NCBI GenBank assembly: GCA_958366945.1
Contig: CATXCY010000001.1
Coordinates: 118,496 to 182,495 of the forward strand
From: an uncultured bacterium
Lineage (GTDB): Bacteria; Vulcanimicrobiota; Xenobia; Xenobiales; Xenobiaceae
Length of the DNA stretch: 64,000 bases
Direction of reading: 5' to 3'
Every line of letters begins with the position of its first letter. The stretch's first letter is position 1. Below, in pieces: positions 31,275 to 42,264 of this stretch. The notes beneath the pieces were generated by a model, which saw only the letters and a program-made list of their open reading frames with translations, was not told where the DNA came from and did no database searches. Both the position numbers and the translations under genes were made by a program.

Positions 31275-32183
31275 GTGAACTTTTATAAAGCTATTTTCAC
31301 TTTTGTAGTAGCCTGCGGTTTAGCTTGGAGTCTACAAACTGCAGCCTACGCCGACGAAAACGCCGGACAGGAAGAAATGACCCAAGCTCTGCAAACTTTT
31401 TACGCCGGACAATGGGACGATTCTATTAAGCAATTCGAAGAAATCTTAGCTAAAGATCCTAAAAATACTTTGGCTTTAGCTTATATTTTAGATGCCTATT
31501 ACCGTAAAAAAGATGTAGACGGTATCGTCAGCCAAATTGAAACCGAAACGGCTGCAACCGGCGAAAACGGCGAATCTTTAAGCAAACTCGGCATGGCCTA
31601 CTTTTTGAGAGGCAAGCTTGTTCCCAATGTTTTGGACGAAGCCCTTACCGAATTTAAGTCAGCCGTAGAAAATGATCCGGAAAATTCTATGGCTTATTCT
31701 GGTATGGGTTTGGTTTATTTCCAGAAACGCATGATGCCTAGAGCAAAAGGTTTCTTCGTCAGAGCCTTGCGTTTAAATCCCCATGATATTATGGCTATGG
31801 ATCGTTTGGGCAACATTCTTTTGGTAGATGAGAAGAAACCGTCTGAGGCCAAAGATATTTACCAGCGCATCGTAGAAGAGCTTCCAGCTTATCCCGACGG
31901 TCAATATTTTATGGGATCGGCACTTTACGATATGGGTAAATATGAAGAAGCCATTCCTTATTTAAAACGCAGCGCCGAGCTCGATCCTCAAGGTTTTACC
32001 CAGGGATTCGACGCTTTAACTCTCTGCGGTGACATCTACTTGAAAGAAGGACGCTTCGAAGAAGCTTTAGCTATTTACGAGACAGCCAAAAAAGTACGTC
32101 CGGAAAGTACTTATGTCGATTATAAAATGAAATTAGCTCGCGAAAAGAAAACAGCTCCGGCCACTAAAGTGAACGATCACTAA
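31275..32183 (+). CDS. Secreted TPR-repeat protein.
   Basis: GTG start, signal peptide (AIFTFVVACGLAWSLQTAAYA), several TPR-like repeats. Confidence 0.6.
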   Translation: MNFYKAIFTFVVACGLAWSLQTAAYADENAGQEEMTQALQTFYAGQWDDSIKQFEEILAKDPKNTLALAYILDAYYRKKDVDGIVSQIETETAATGENGESLSKLGMAYFLRGKLVPNVLDEALTEFKSAVENDPENSMAYSGMGLVYFQKRMMPRAKGFFVRALRLNPHDIMAMDRLGNILLVDEKKPSEAKDIYQRIVEELPAYPDGQYFMGSALYDMGKYEEAIPYLKRSAELDPQGFTQGFDALTLCGDIYLKEGRFEEALAIYETAKKVRPESTYVDYKMKLAREKKTAPATKVNDH

Positions 32184-32326
32184 TTATTTTTACCCAGATC
32201 AACAAAATTGCGGAGGGCCTTAACTCTAAGGGGAGAACTTCTGCCTGCAAAGGAAATAGAAGGGCCTCGTTGAAGCGTAGAGCTCTTCGCAGTTTTTTTT
32301 ATTATCTCGTGAAGGAGTCTGGCTCT

Positions 32327-33103
32327 GTGAAAAAACTCATACCCGCTTTGGCCCTAGGTGCTGCGCTTTTCTCAGCGCTTCCTGCGGCAGCCCAAACCGG
32401 TCCAGACCACGATATGCGCTTTGAGCTCACTTACAGCCCCCTGCGTATTTCTACGTCTAAACCTTCGGGTGTAGTCCATTCTAATTTAACTGCCATTACT
32501 TTTAGTGGCGAGGGCAGAATCTTTCAGGGCATTATGTTTGGTGGAAGCTTCACCAGAGGAGGCGGAAGCAACTTAGATGTAGTCGGCGTCAACGAGTTTG
32601 GCGATCCCATTACAATGAATTGCTCCGGTCCTGAGTTTAATGACCTTAAAGTCTATGCCAAAATTCCTTTCAATTTCGCTTCTCTGGCTGAGAGTGATCG
32701 CACCATGGACAAAGCTCCAGCTATGTCCCCCTTGTATGGCTATGTAGGCTACAAGAATACCAGTTTAACTTCAAAATGGCCTGACGGCTCCGGCTTTACC
32801 GGGAAAGCAAACATAGAAAACTCTTCCGGTTTCGGTTTTGGTTTAGGCGCTGAATTTAATTGGGATCCCGTAGGTCTCTATGGCCAAGCCGTGTACTATC
32901 CTTGCATGATCACTAAAAATGTAGGTTTGGACGGCAACCCCGACGGTAAGCTTAATGTTTGGGAATGGGACTTAGGTCTGAGAACAAACTTCAAGGACAG
33001 TCCTATCCAAGCTAAGATTGGCTATCACTTCGAACAGCATAGCGCCAGCAATTTGAAGCTTAAATATGACGGCATTCAAATTGGCGCCACCGCTGAATTC
33101 TAA
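32327..33103 (+). CDS. Putative outer-membrane beta-barrel protein.
   Basis: Start at GTG 32327 with AAGGAG upstream. Signal peptide KKLIPALALGAALFSALPAAAQ. Alternating-hydrophobicity strands and a C-terminal ...ATAEF (terminal Phe). Confidence 0.45.
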   Translation: MKKLIPALALGAALFSALPAAAQTGPDHDMRFELTYSPLRISTSKPSGVVHSNLTAITFSGEGRIFQGIMFGGSFTRGGGSNLDVVGVNEFGDPITMNCSGPEFNDLKVYAKIPFNFASLAESDRTMDKAPAMSPLYGYVGYKNTSLTSKWPDGSGFTGKANIENSSGFGFGLGAEFNWDPVGLYGQAVYYPCMITKNVGLDGNPDGKLNVWEWDLGLRTNFKDSPIQAKIGYHFEQHSASNLKLKYDGIQIGATAEF

Positions 33104-33122
33104 TCCTTACCGGAATTAGAGC

Positions 33123-33173
33123 AAAAAAAATCCCCTCCTTCGCTGTCAAAATAACGAAGAGGGGATTTTTTTT
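33123..33173. terminator. Bidirectional terminator between the convergent OMP and recR genes.
   Basis: AAAAAAAATCCCCTCCTTCG...CGAAGAGGGGATTTTTTTT. Confidence 0.55.
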
Positions 33174-33771
33174 AGGCAAGCTGCCTATTTCCCAAAGCTC
33201 TTGATAAGGTGAGGGGATCGGCATATTCCAAATCTGCTCCCATGGGAAGCCCCGAAGCCAACCTAGTGATCCTGACTTGGTCAGCCCTCAAAATATTCTT
33301 AAGATACAGGGCAGTGGCTTCTCCCGATACAGTAGGATTAGTAGCCAAAATAATTTCTCTAACAGGTTCTTTAGCTAAACGCTCTTGCAAGGAAGCTATA
33401 TTTAATTGTTCGGGGCCTATGCCATCAAGCGGCGAAATTAAGCCTCCCAACACATGATAAAGTCCGGCATACTCACCAGAATTTTCCATGGCCATAAGGT
33501 CACGAGTATTGGCTACCACACAAATAGTAGTTTCGTCGCGCCGCCCATCTTGACAAATCTCGCATAAATCGCCCTCAGCGATATTGCCACACTTGCTACA
33601 AGCTCTCAAACGCACCTTAACTTCCACCATGGCTTTAGCTAAAGCTTCTACACGCTCCTTAGAAGCATCCAACAAGTAAAAAGCCAAACGCGACGCCGTC
33701 TTCGGCCCTACTGTAGGCAATTGTTGTAATTGTTCCAAAAGATGCTCTAAAGACTGAGGATATTTAGACAT
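33172..33771 (-). CDS. recR: Recombination protein RecR.
   Basis: C4 zinc finger CSKCGNIAEGDLCEIC plus a Toprim domain. Confidence 0.9.
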   Translation of the reverse strand: MSKYPQSLEHLLEQLQQLPTVGPKTASRLAFYLLDASKERVEALAKAMVEVKVRLRACSKCGNIAEGDLCEICQDGRRDETTICVVANTRDLMAMENSGEYAGLYHVLGGLISPLDGIGPEQLNIASLQERLAKEPVREIILATNPTVSGEATALYLKNILRADQVRITRLASGLPMGADLEYADPLTLSRALGNRQLA

Positions 33772-33779
33772 TTCTTAAA

Positions 33780-34088
33780 CTAGAATAACCCTGGAGGTAA
33801 GTTCAAACCGGCAGCGACGCGCCCCATGCGATTAGAAGAAAGTTCGCGTGATTTTTCTAAGCCATCATTTATAGCTACCAAAACTAAATCTTCCAAAACT
33901 CCCATATCATCGGGATCTACCGCATCTTTAGAAATGCTGATGGATTTTACGATTTGGGCTCCGGTAACTACAACTTTAACGGCTCCACCACCAGCGACAC
34001 CCTCTACGGTAGCGCTTTCCAGCTCTTTTTGAGCGGAGGCTAAATCATTTTGCATTTTCTGCATTTGCTTCATAATTTGTCTCTGCAT
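33780..34088 (-). CDS. ybaB: Nucleoid-associated protein YbaB/EbfC.
   Basis: 102 aa with the typical YbaB sequence. Conserved dnaX-ybaB-recR synteny. Confidence 0.85.
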   Translation of the reverse strand: MQRQIMKQMQKMQNDLASAQKELESATVEGVAGGGAVKVVVTGAQIVKSISISKDAVDPDDMGVLEDLVLVAINDGLEKSRELSSNRMGRVAAGLNLPPGLF

Positions 34089-34264
34089 TTTTCTTTTTCT
34101 CCTTTTGAAATAGGCTTAAACCAAGACTTAAACCACGCCTGTGGTTCGCCTTCCAAACTTGCAAGCCTGCCAAAGCTAGGCCAAAGGCAATGCGTCTCAA
34201 GCCTTCACTAAATAGCAATTTTATCAAGATACATTAGCCCCATTGGACTATCGCCAAAGAAAAA

Positions 34265-34720
34265 CTAAATGTCTATATTTTTTGTATAAATTTTCTTGCC
34301 CTCAATTTCCAGCATGTACATATGAGGAAACTGTCCACCGCGAGGCTCAGAGACGCTGCCTGGATTTATATAGAGCACATCATTTTCATAATATTGCTTG
34401 TAGCGATGGGTATGACCGTAAACGACTACGTCTATTTTGTTAGGATCGGGAGTAAAAGACAAATTATCCAAATTATGAATAACGTAAATATTTATATCTT
34501 CTACATGGAGCGCAGCATCTTTAGGTAAATTATCCGCCCAAGGACGCCAATCACAATTGCCACGTACAGCCGTTACAGGAGCAATAGTAGCCAGTTCTTC
34601 CAAAATCAGCGGATCTTCAGTATCTCCAGCACAAACGATATAGTCGCAATCTTCCAAATAATCCATAACGTGAGGATCAAGACGACCATGAATATCAGAA
34701 ATTAAAGCCACATTTGTCAT
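34265..34720 (-). CDS. YfcE-like metallophosphoesterase.
   Basis: Motifs ISDIHG, GD, GHTH and the MPP fold. Confidence 0.75.
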   Translation of the reverse strand: MTNVALISDIHGRLDPHVMDYLEDCDYIVCAGDTEDPLILEELATIAPVTAVRGNCDWRPWADNLPKDAALHVEDINIYVIHNLDNLSFTPDPNKIDVVVYGHTHRYKQYYENDVLYINPGSVSEPRGGQFPHMYMLEIEGKKIYTKNIDI

Positions 34721-34722
34721 AA

Positions 34723-34953
34723 CTAAATTTGCTCTTTTTTTACAATATTGATTTCTTCTTCTACAGGATCAAACATTATAGCCAACTGGTGCTCGGCTAA
34801 TTTCTTTTTGAGAATATCTACCCTCTTTTGCAAAGGCATAGAGCACTCATAGCCTCCGCGAGTAGCGTATTCTTCCAAAACACCTTGCAAAGCTCCGTCG
34901 CTCAAACGTTCATAGGGAACTTCTATTAAGCGAGCATCAATTTCTTCATCCAT
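34723..34953 (-). CDS. YheU/UPF0270-like small protein.
   Basis: 76-aa acidic protein; start overlaps the upstream gene's stop region. Confidence 0.45.
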   Translation of the reverse strand: MDEEIDARLIEVPYERLSDGALQGVLEEYATRGGYECSMPLQKRVDILKKKLAEHQLAIMFDPVEEEINIVKKEQI

Positions 34954-34959
34954 AATGTC

Positions 34960-36930
34960 TTAAGCCTCCACTCGAGCAGTAGGATCGGACGCGCTGTCAT
35001 TGGCATACTTACTCAAAGTCTGTCCAGCGAAACTATTAAGTACCAAATTGACAGTATGCATATATTCATCTTGCGGATTGATAGTAACCACCTTGCCAAG
35101 ACGCAAATCTATCTGAATAGGACGTTGCATAGCTTCTGTCAGAACACTTTCAATATTTGCACGCTCTTTGGAGGCAGCTTCATAATCGTCTTGACGATCA
35201 CTTTCAAATTTTATAACAATCACGCCTTGACGGGCCGAAAGACACTTAGTACCGCGAACTAAAGCAAAAATAGACGGTTTCTTATCTTCCAAATAAGCTA
35301 ACAATTTTTGCCAGAACTTGCCGGCACTGCCTTGCTTATTTTTACTTTCGTTTTTTGCATATGAAGCCGAAGCTTTAGCAACAGTGGCACTTTCAGGCTC
35401 AGTTTGAGCAACTTTAGTTGATGATAGCGAAGACGATGCTTTTGTCGTTGTTGTCCCCCAACCCAAATCATCAATTTGCCCAGTTGATGAAGCCATTTCT
35501 GAGGAAGTAGTGAGCGCATTCGGAGCCAAGCTCTGAGTATTTTTTACAACTTTCCCTACCTTCAGCTTCGTAGCGGAAGTGGCCCCTACAACTGACGCAG
35601 AGTCTACAACCGACACCGAAGGATGTTCAAGGTTGCTGGCGTGTGCCTCAATAGCCGAAGCTTTAGGCATCATAAGACTATCTATAGGTTTTGTTGAAAC
35701 AATAGGCGACTGAGCCGAGTAACTGTTTTTGATTATTTTTAAAGCTGAAACTTCAGCTTCCAAAGTTTCGATTCTGGCCAAAAGGCTGCTTTGATCTGTT
35801 CCAGCTAACGGTGCGGTCAGCTGAACAAGCACTGTCTCCCAAGACAACCGAGCATTTTGACTGCCGGAAAGGCGACGTTGCAATTCGCTTATGCTGCCAA
35901 TCCAACTTAAAATTGTGCCCAATTTTACCAATTGACTGCGCTTAACTAACTCTTGAAAATAATTGTCCGTTACTCCTAAAACTTCTTGATCGGCCGCTTT
36001 CACACAAACCAACATCATCTGGCGCAAATATTCCAAAAGCTCAGCAGCTAATTTGTTTAAGTTGCGTCCCTTGTTAATCAGCTCATCCAAAAGGCCCAAA
36101 ACTCGACCAGTATCTTGAGCGATAAAACCAGACACAAGATCCTGAATGGCTTCGGCCCCGGCTAGCCCTAAAAGGCCACGCACATCCTCTCCGCTAATCT
36201 GTTGACTGCCTCCCTGCTGACAACAGAAAAACATAGCTTGCTCCAAAGTTACCAAAGCGTCGCGCATGGAGCCTTCAGAAGATCTAGCTATAAGCTCAGC
36301 GGCCAGATCGTCAATTTGCACATTTTCTTTAGCGGCAATACTTTTTATATGATTGACAGTTTGCTGTAAAGTAAAGCGTTGAAAATTGTAACGCTGACAA
36401 CGGGAAATAATCGTAGCCGGAATTTTTTCCGGATCGGTAGTAGCTAAAATAAAAACAACATGCTTAGGAGGCTCTTCTAGAGTTTTTAAAAGTGCGTTAA
36501 AAGAAGAGTCGGACAACTTATGGACTTCGTCAATAATATAAACTTTATAGCGCACCTGAGCCGGGGCAAATTGTACCTTGTCAACAATAAACTCTCGGAT
36601 TTTATCTACCTGAGTATTAGAAGCAGCGTCAATTTCCAGTACATCCAAACATGAGCCTTCAGCAATAGATCGACAAGCTGAACACTGGCAACAAGGCTCA
36701 GCTGTAGGTCCCGAATGTGGATTATCGGCAGTACCCTCGCAATTTAAGGCTTTAGCTAAAATTCTAGCTGTACTGGTTTTACCAGTGCCACGCGGGCCAC
36801 AAAAAAGATAAACATTGGCCATACGGCCGGAAGCCAAGCCATTTTTTAAAGTTCTTACTACTACTTCTTGACCTATTAAATCTTCAAATCTTTGGGAGCG
36901 ATATTTTTGAAAAAGCGAGACACTGGCCAT
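34960..36930 (-). CDS. dnaX: DNA polymerase III subunits gamma/tau.
   Basis: Walker A motif LFCGPRGTGKTSTARILAKALNCE, Cys zinc module and clamp-loader AAA+ domains. Confidence 0.9.
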   Translation of the reverse strand: MASVSLFQKYRSQRFEDLIGQEVVVRTLKNGLASGRMANVYLFCGPRGTGKTSTARILAKALNCEGTADNPHSGPTAEPCCQCSACRSIAEGSCLDVLEIDAASNTQVDKIREFIVDKVQFAPAQVRYKVYIIDEVHKLSDSSFNALLKTLEEPPKHVVFILATTDPEKIPATIISRCQRYNFQRFTLQQTVNHIKSIAAKENVQIDDLAAELIARSSEGSMRDALVTLEQAMFFCCQQGGSQQISGEDVRGLLGLAGAEAIQDLVSGFIAQDTGRVLGLLDELINKGRNLNKLAAELLEYLRQMMLVCVKAADQEVLGVTDNYFQELVKRSQLVKLGTILSWIGSISELQRRLSGSQNARLSWETVLVQLTAPLAGTDQSSLLARIETLEAEVSALKIIKNSYSAQSPIVSTKPIDSLMMPKASAIEAHASNLEHPSVSVVDSASVVGATSATKLKVGKVVKNTQSLAPNALTTSSEMASSTGQIDDLGWGTTTTKASSSLSSTKVAQTEPESATVAKASASYAKNESKNKQGSAGKFWQKLLAYLEDKKPSIFALVRGTKCLSARQGVIVIKFESDRQDDYEAASKERANIESVLTEAMQRPIQIDLRLGKVVTINPQDEYMHTVNLVLNSFAGQTLSKYANDSASDPTARVEA

Positions 36931-36954
36931 ATTAATTAAAAGAACTCCTAGAAT

Positions 36955-37305
36955 TTAGCTGCGGCTTCCGGTTTTAGCTGAAAAAAATTGAACAAAATCA
37001 GGAACTAACCGAATGCGGAGCTCCATATCTTTAAGTGATTGACTTTGCTTAGCGGGTTCCACTTGCTCTTCAGGCGGAGGCAAGGGGCAATTTTTTCCCC
37101 CAGAAATAGGGCCACTATTTAAATCTTGATAAAAAACCCACGCGGCAATAAGCACAATTATGAGCATAAGGGGCAACAAAAAACCAAAAAGGAAACAACC
37201 CAAAGCGGAAAAGAGAATTTTTAAGCCTATATTGCCAGGAGTAGAATAAAACTCTTTAATGCGTTCATATACTTTTAAAGCATAGTTGCCAATTCTCTCC
37301 CACAT
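36955..37305 (-). CDS. Small membrane protein.
   Basis: 116 aa containing one long hydrophobic segment. Confidence 0.4.
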   Translation of the reverse strand: MWERIGNYALKVYERIKEFYSTPGNIGLKILFSALGCFLFGFLLPLMLIIVLIAAWVFYQDLNSGPISGGKNCPLPPPEEQVEPAKQSQSLKDMELRIRLVPDFVQFFSAKTGSRS

Positions 37306-37526
37306 AAACGCTCAAGCCTCCACTTTTCTTTTATGGCCTCAAAGTGCTTTAATTTAAGAGCAAACTTGGTTTACCTTCTAGCCCATACTAAGCTCAACTC
37401 CAAAGCAAACTTGGTTAAACATAGCCTAAGCCAGTAAAAAATGCTAGAATTAAGGCCGGTCGTAAATTTCGACCTTATTCTAATGGACGCGATTTCTGAG
37501 ATCCGCCCTATAAGGAATTATCAACT

Positions 37527-39239
37527 ATGAGTAACGATACCAATACAGAGCGCGTGGAATCAACTTCTCCTCACGCTACCAATTTTATTCGCAACATTAT
37601 AGACGAGGATTTGGCCAGCGGCAAACACACTACCGTTGTCACCCGTTTTCCGCCCGAACCCAATGGATATTTACACGTTGGCCATGCTAAAGCTATTTGC
37701 TTAGACTTTGGCTTAGCCCGCGATTATCACGGTACTTGCCATTTGCGCATGGACGATACCAACCCCGGCAAAGAAGAGACCGAATACATCAACGCGATCA
37801 AAGAAGACGTAAAATGGCTCGGCTTCGAGTGGGGCGACAAAGTTTACAACGCTTCCGATTATTTCGATCAGCTTTACGAATATGCCGAACGCCTGATTAT
37901 GAAAGGCAAAGCTTACGTAGATGACTCCAGCGCCGAAGAGATTCGCCTGAGCCGCGGTACGCTTACTGAGCCCGGCAAAAATAGTCCTTGCCGCGATCGT
38001 TCCGTAGAAGAGAACTTAGATCTTTTCCGTCGCATGAAAAATGGAGAATTCCCTGACGGTGCCAAGGTTTTGCGCGCCAAAATTGACATGGCTCACCCCA
38101 ATATTGTCATGCGCGATCCTACTCTGTATCGTATTCGTCATCAGTCCCATCCTCATACTGGCGACAAGTGGTGCATCTATCCTATGTACGACTTCACCCA
38201 CTGCCTATCCGACTCTATTGAAGGCATTACCCATTCCCTGTGCACTTTAGAGTTTGAGAACAACCGTCCCCTTTATGATTGGGTCTTGGAAAATGTAGGC
38301 GTAGAATGCCGCCCTCGTCAGATCGAGTTTTCTCGCCTCAACTTAGAATCAGTAATCGTCAGCAAACGCAAGCTCCTCCAATTGGTGAAAGAGCACCGCG
38401 TCAACGGTTGGGACGATCCTCGTATGCCAACTATTGCTGGTATGCGCCGTCGCGGCTATACTCCCGAAGCTATTCGCTTATTCTGCGATCGTATCGGTAT
38501 TAGCAAAGCCGAAACTTGGACTAGCTATTCAGTCTTTGAGCAAGCCGTCCGTGACGATCTCAATCCCAAAGTGCCACGCATTATGGGCGTCCTTCGTCCC
38601 TTAAAGCTCGTTATTGACAACTATCCCGAAGGCCAAGTAGAAGAGTTTGAAGCTCCCTACTTCCCTGACGATCCGCCGAAGATGGGCTATCGCAACCTTA
38701 AGTTCACCAAAGAAATCTTTATTGAGCGCGATGACTTTATGGAAGAGCCGGTACCTAAGTTCTTCCGTTTGGCGCCCGGTCGCGAAGTTCGCTTGCGCCG
38801 CGCTTATATTATTAAGTGCGAATCCGTCGTCAAAGACGAAAATGGCAACATTATCGAAGTTCATTGCACTTACGATCCAGAGTCTAAGGGTGGCAACGCT
38901 GCCGATGGCCGTAAAATTAAAGGTACCTTGCACTGGGTCTCTGCCACTGAGTCTATTCCTTGCGAAGTTAGACTTTACGATCGCCTCTTTGCTGTCGATC
39001 ATCCCGCTACCCGCGAAGATGTCAACTTTATTGACGAGCTTAACCCCAACTCTTTGGAAATTATTACCGATGCCAGAGTAGAAAGCAGCGTAGCCGAAAC
39101 TCCCGCAGGAAAATGGTTCCAGTTTGAGCGCACCGGTTATTTCTATACCGATAAAGATACGACCAAAGATCACATGGTATTTAACCGCGTAGTCACCTTA
39201 AAAGATACTTGGGCCAAGATTATGCAAGGCAAAAAGTAA
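37527..39239 (+). CDS. glnS: Glutaminyl-tRNA synthetase.
   Basis: HIGH motif [26 protein letters not shown]; VSKRKL (KMSKS-like); GlnRS-type C-terminal beta-barrels. Confidence 0.9.
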   Translation: MSNDTNTERVESTSPHATNFIRNIIDEDLASGKHTTVVTRFPPEPNGYLHVGHAKAICLDFGLARDYHGTCHLRMDDTNPGKEETEYINAIKEDVKWLGFEWGDKVYNASDYFDQLYEYAERLIMKGKAYVDDSSAEEIRLSRGTLTEPGKNSPCRDRSVEENLDLFRRMKNGEFPDGAKVLRAKIDMAHPNIVMRDPTLYRIRHQSHPHTGDKWCIYPMYDFTHCLSDSIEGITHSLCTLEFENNRPLYDWVLENVGVECRPRQIEFSRLNLESVIVSKRKLLQLVKEHRVNGWDDPRMPTIAGMRRRGYTPEAIRLFCDRIGISKAETWTSYSVFEQAVRDDLNPKVPRIMGVLRPLKLVIDNYPEGQVEEFEAPYFPDDPPKMGYRNLKFTKEIFIERDDFMEEPVPKFFRLAPGREVRLRRAYIIKCESVVKDENGNIIEVHCTYDPESKGGNAADGRKIKGTLHWVSATESIPCEVRLYDRLFAVDHPATREDVNFIDELNPNSLEIITDARVESSVAETPAGKWFQFERTGYFYTDKDTTKDHMVFNRVVTLKDTWAKIMQGKK

Positions 39240-39267
39240 ACTTTTAAGCTATAAACGCTAACATACA

Positions 39268-39302
39268 AAAAGACCGCTTCTTCTTTGGAGGCGGTCTTTT
39301 CT
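39268..39302 (+). terminator. Rho-independent terminator.
   Basis: AAAGACCGCTTC...GAGGCGGTCTTTTCT. Confidence 0.55.
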
Positions 39303-39363
39303 ATTACTATTTACTTAGGTACAAACAAGCTATACTAGCTCGACTAATTTCCTAACAAAATGA

Positions 39364-40167
39364 CTACATGGTATCGCCAGCTAAAGCGTGGTGGCAAGAG
39401 CAATCTTTACTTAAATCGATTTTTTCGATAATTTTGTAAATGAGCGCTTTTACTTTTTGGTTATTTTCGGCAAACACTCGGCTCACTTCGTCACCAGTTA
39501 CCGCTTCAGCAATACCTTCAATACCAGCATCATAATCGGTAATTAAGGATACGTTGACGTAACAAATTTCCATTTCGCGGGCTAAATAGCACTCAGGGTA
39601 GCCAGTCATGTTAACTACATGCCAGCCCATCTTTCTAAACCATTCGCTTTCGGCTCTGGTAGAAAAACGCGGCCCCTGTATTACAACCATAGTGCCTTTA
39701 GGATGAACTTCAATGCCAAGTTCTTTAGCACATTCTACAACTAAAGGACGTAAGCTAGGGCAATAGGGCTCGGCTCCAGTTAAATGGCGCACTTCAGGCC
39801 CTTCAAAAAAAGTATCTTTACGTCCCCAAGTTCTATCTACAAATTGATCACAAACGACAAAGCTGCCAGGTTTAATATCAACTTGCAAGCTACCTGCGGC
39901 ACAAGGGCCGATAATAGCTTTAACACCCAGTTGCTTCATAGCCCAAAGGTTAGCTCTATATGGAATATGCGTAGGCGACAAACGATGATCGGCGCCATGG
40001 CGAGGCAAAAAGGCTACACGCTTGCTGTGAATATTGATTAAAGAAATTTTGTCGCTAGTAGGGCCGTAAGGTGTGTTAAGCGCAATCATTTCCGCATTGG
40101 AATCTAAACTATAGAAACCGGAACCGCCGAAAACGCCAATATCTGCTTTAGCATTGCAAGTAAACAT
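39364..40167 (-). CDS. mtnP: S-methyl-5'-thioadenosine phosphorylase (PNP family 2).
   Basis: MTAP-like N-terminus (IGVFGGSGFY...) and PNP/MTAP fold. Confidence 0.8.
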   Translation of the reverse strand: MFTCNAKADIGVFGGSGFYSLDSNAEMIALNTPYGPTSDKISLINIHSKRVAFLPRHGADHRLSPTHIPYRANLWAMKQLGVKAIIGPCAAGSLQVDIKPGSFVVCDQFVDRTWGRKDTFFEGPEVRHLTGAEPYCPSLRPLVVECAKELGIEVHPKGTMVVIQGPRFSTRAESEWFRKMGWHVVNMTGYPECYLAREMEICYVNVSLITDYDAGIEGIAEAVTGDEVSRVFAENNQKVKALIYKIIEKIDLSKDCSCHHALAGDTM

Positions 40168-40414
40168 TAAATGGAACCTTTCTTAGCTAAGCGAACAAAT
40201 TTACTGCTAAGCTACTTTCGGCGCTATTCTAGCCAAATTAAAGTCGGCCTTTTTTAAGCCGCGAAATGTTTTCTAAACACTCCTTTATTTTAAGGCCTAT
40301 AGCTTTAGCTACTGGCGGGGAAAGGCATTACCTATCATGCGACAAGCGGCCGTTTTTTATGACCAAAAGGTATAAAAAAAAGACCCTAACCTTTTGAGTC
40401 AAGATCCTATCTTA

Positions 40415-40491
40415 TGGTGGACGAGAACGGACTCGAACCGCCGACCCCCTGCTTGTAAGGCAGGTGCTCTAACCAACTGAGCTACTCGTCC
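40415..40491 (-). tRNA. tRNA-Val (anticodon TAC).
   Basis: Cloverleaf reads GGACGAGTAGCTCAGTTGG..CTTACAA..GGTTCGAGTCC with encoded CCA. Confidence 0.85.
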
Positions 40492-40584
40492 AAAAAAAAG
40501 AGAAGCTTTTCAGTAAACGCTGTCTAACTAAATCAGCCTCTCATTCTATTTAACCGCCTTCCCTATGAAGGACAGTGTTTTAAG

Positions 40585-40661
40585 TGGTAGCCCGGACGGG
40601 AATCGAACCCGTGATCTCCGGCTTGAAAGGCCAGCGTCCTAAACCGCTAGACCACCGGGCC
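40585..40661 (-). tRNA. tRNA-Glu (anticodon TTC).
   Basis: GGCCCGGTGGTCTAGCGGTTAGGAC, anticodon loop CTTTCAA, GGTTCGATTCC, CCA. Confidence 0.85.
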
Positions 40662-40693
40662 ATGTACACTTTTCTTGAACACCAAGGGGGTCT

Positions 40694-40769
40694 TGGTGGG
40701 CCCACCTGGATTCGAACCAGGGACCAATTAGTTATGAGCCAACTGCTCTAACCGCTGAGCTATGGGCCC
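40694..40769 (-). tRNA. tRNA-Met (CAT). Elongator type; a lysidine tRNA-Ile2 cannot be excluded.
   Basis: GGGCCCATAGCTCAGCGGTTAGAGC, anticodon loop CTCATAA, GGTTCGAATCC, CCA. Confidence 0.8.
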
Positions 40770-40965
40770 GAGCTCCTCTGGCTCCGCTAATATACCACCC
40801 CGGCCACAATAATGCAATACCCTTTTAGAAAAAAACTTAACTTTTTTTGATTTTATGTCTCTAGCCCCTTGGCACGTAGTTTTTGCCCCTGTGAACTACC
40901 GCCATCTTGCCAGCAAAGACAATGCTAATGCAAATTTTCGCCAGTGCGAACTTTAACATCATCAA

Positions 40966-42261
40966 CTAAAAGTTGATGTAAAGCTGAGCGCTTTGCAAAG
41001 CTGCCAAGTGATTTTCCAAGCCAAAATAGTTTTCACAAGCGCGGGAAATTTGCTTAAGCTTATAGCGGCGCTTGGGAGCAACAAATACATAAAAGCGCCA
41101 TAAATTGCGATGCTTATCACGCAAGACATTTACTTCCGGCAATTGCAAAGAAGCTAATGAGCACGGTTCTTCTGGCCCTATTTTAACCAGAACTTCAGCT
41201 TCTTTTAATTGCATATTGGCTGAAGGGCAGTAAATAATTAGCTCTCCGGGATCTAGACCAAGATCGCTAATCAACCTCTCTTCGGCTTCTTTGCGATATT
41301 CAGCTTTATTGTGGAAACGCTCTACCAGCTGGGCTTCCTTTTCATAGCCAATGCGTCTAGTTAAAACGTAAGCACGCTTGTAAATTTTGCGCGAGCTAAA
41401 AGCTTTATAAATGCTAGCTATCAAAGGATCATCGCCAAAGTGCCACTCAATATAGGCTAAAAGACGCTCGTCGCCCAAAGGCAAAATATCTTTAAGTTTC
41501 AGCCCAAGTTCTAAAGCACGTTCTACAATTCTGGAGATCATAGCTCCGGAAGCGGTTTTGGTATGGTGGAAGAAAACGCGTTCAGTTAAAAAGTAACGTA
41601 AGCGCAATAAGTTAATAACTTCAGAAACTAAATCTTCTCTAACTACGCCATTTTTTTGGCAATCTAAATACAAGTGGCTGCCGTCAGTGCGCAAGCTGCG
41701 CATAATGCGCTTATCATATTTCTGAGAAAGACCACAAAAAAAAGCGTCGCGAGCTAAATAATCCAAAAGATCGGCACAAAACATACCGCCAATAAGCTCA
41801 CTTTGCCAAGCTTTTTCAGCCTGCCCGTGAAGAATAGCTTTTACAAGTTCGGCTATAGCCAATTTATGAAGTATTTTGCCTAGCTCAGTGCGCTTATTAA
41901 AAAAAAGCTCAAAACGCTCTGGTGAATCGTGGCGGCTAAAAATGCGCCGTTCATCTTCTACGGTATGACCAAAGGGAATATGACCTACATCATGCAAAAG
42001 AGCAGCCGCACTCACAGCTAACCTTTCGAAATTGCTTATCTTGGTACCAAATTCTTCCAAAATTTTTAGAAGAGTAAGAGCCAAGTGGCAAGTCCCCAGG
42101 CTATGCTCAAAACGAGTGTGAACTGCTCCAGGATAAACTAAAGAAGCCGTACCTAATTGCTTTATGCCTCGAAGCCTTTGCATTTGAACTGTATCTATAA
42201 GTTCAATTAACTCATCAGGCAAAAAAATATCTTCGTGTACAGGATCTCTGAATATTTTCAA
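40966..42261 (-). CDS. HD-domain dNTP triphosphohydrolase-like protein (SAMHD1/dGTPase family).
   Basis: N-terminal DPVHEDIFL...QRLRGIKQLG...YPGAVHTRFEHSLGTCHLA...LLHDVGHIPFGHTVED, the characteristic HD motif. 431 aa. Confidence 0.8.
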   Translation of the reverse strand: MKIFRDPVHEDIFLPDELIELIDTVQMQRLRGIKQLGTASLVYPGAVHTRFEHSLGTCHLALTLLKILEEFGTKISNFERLAVSAAALLHDVGHIPFGHTVEDERRIFSRHDSPERFELFFNKRTELGKILHKLAIAELVKAILHGQAEKAWQSELIGGMFCADLLDYLARDAFFCGLSQKYDKRIMRSLRTDGSHLYLDCQKNGVVREDLVSEVINLLRLRYFLTERVFFHHTKTASGAMISRIVERALELGLKLKDILPLGDERLLAYIEWHFGDDPLIASIYKAFSSRKIYKRAYVLTRRIGYEKEAQLVERFHNKAEYRKEAEERLISDLGLDPGELIIYCPSANMQLKEAEVLVKIGPEEPCSLASLQLPEVNVLRDKHRNLWRFYVFVAPKRRYKLKQISRACENYFGLENHLAALQSAQLYINF

Positions 42262-42264
42262 AGT

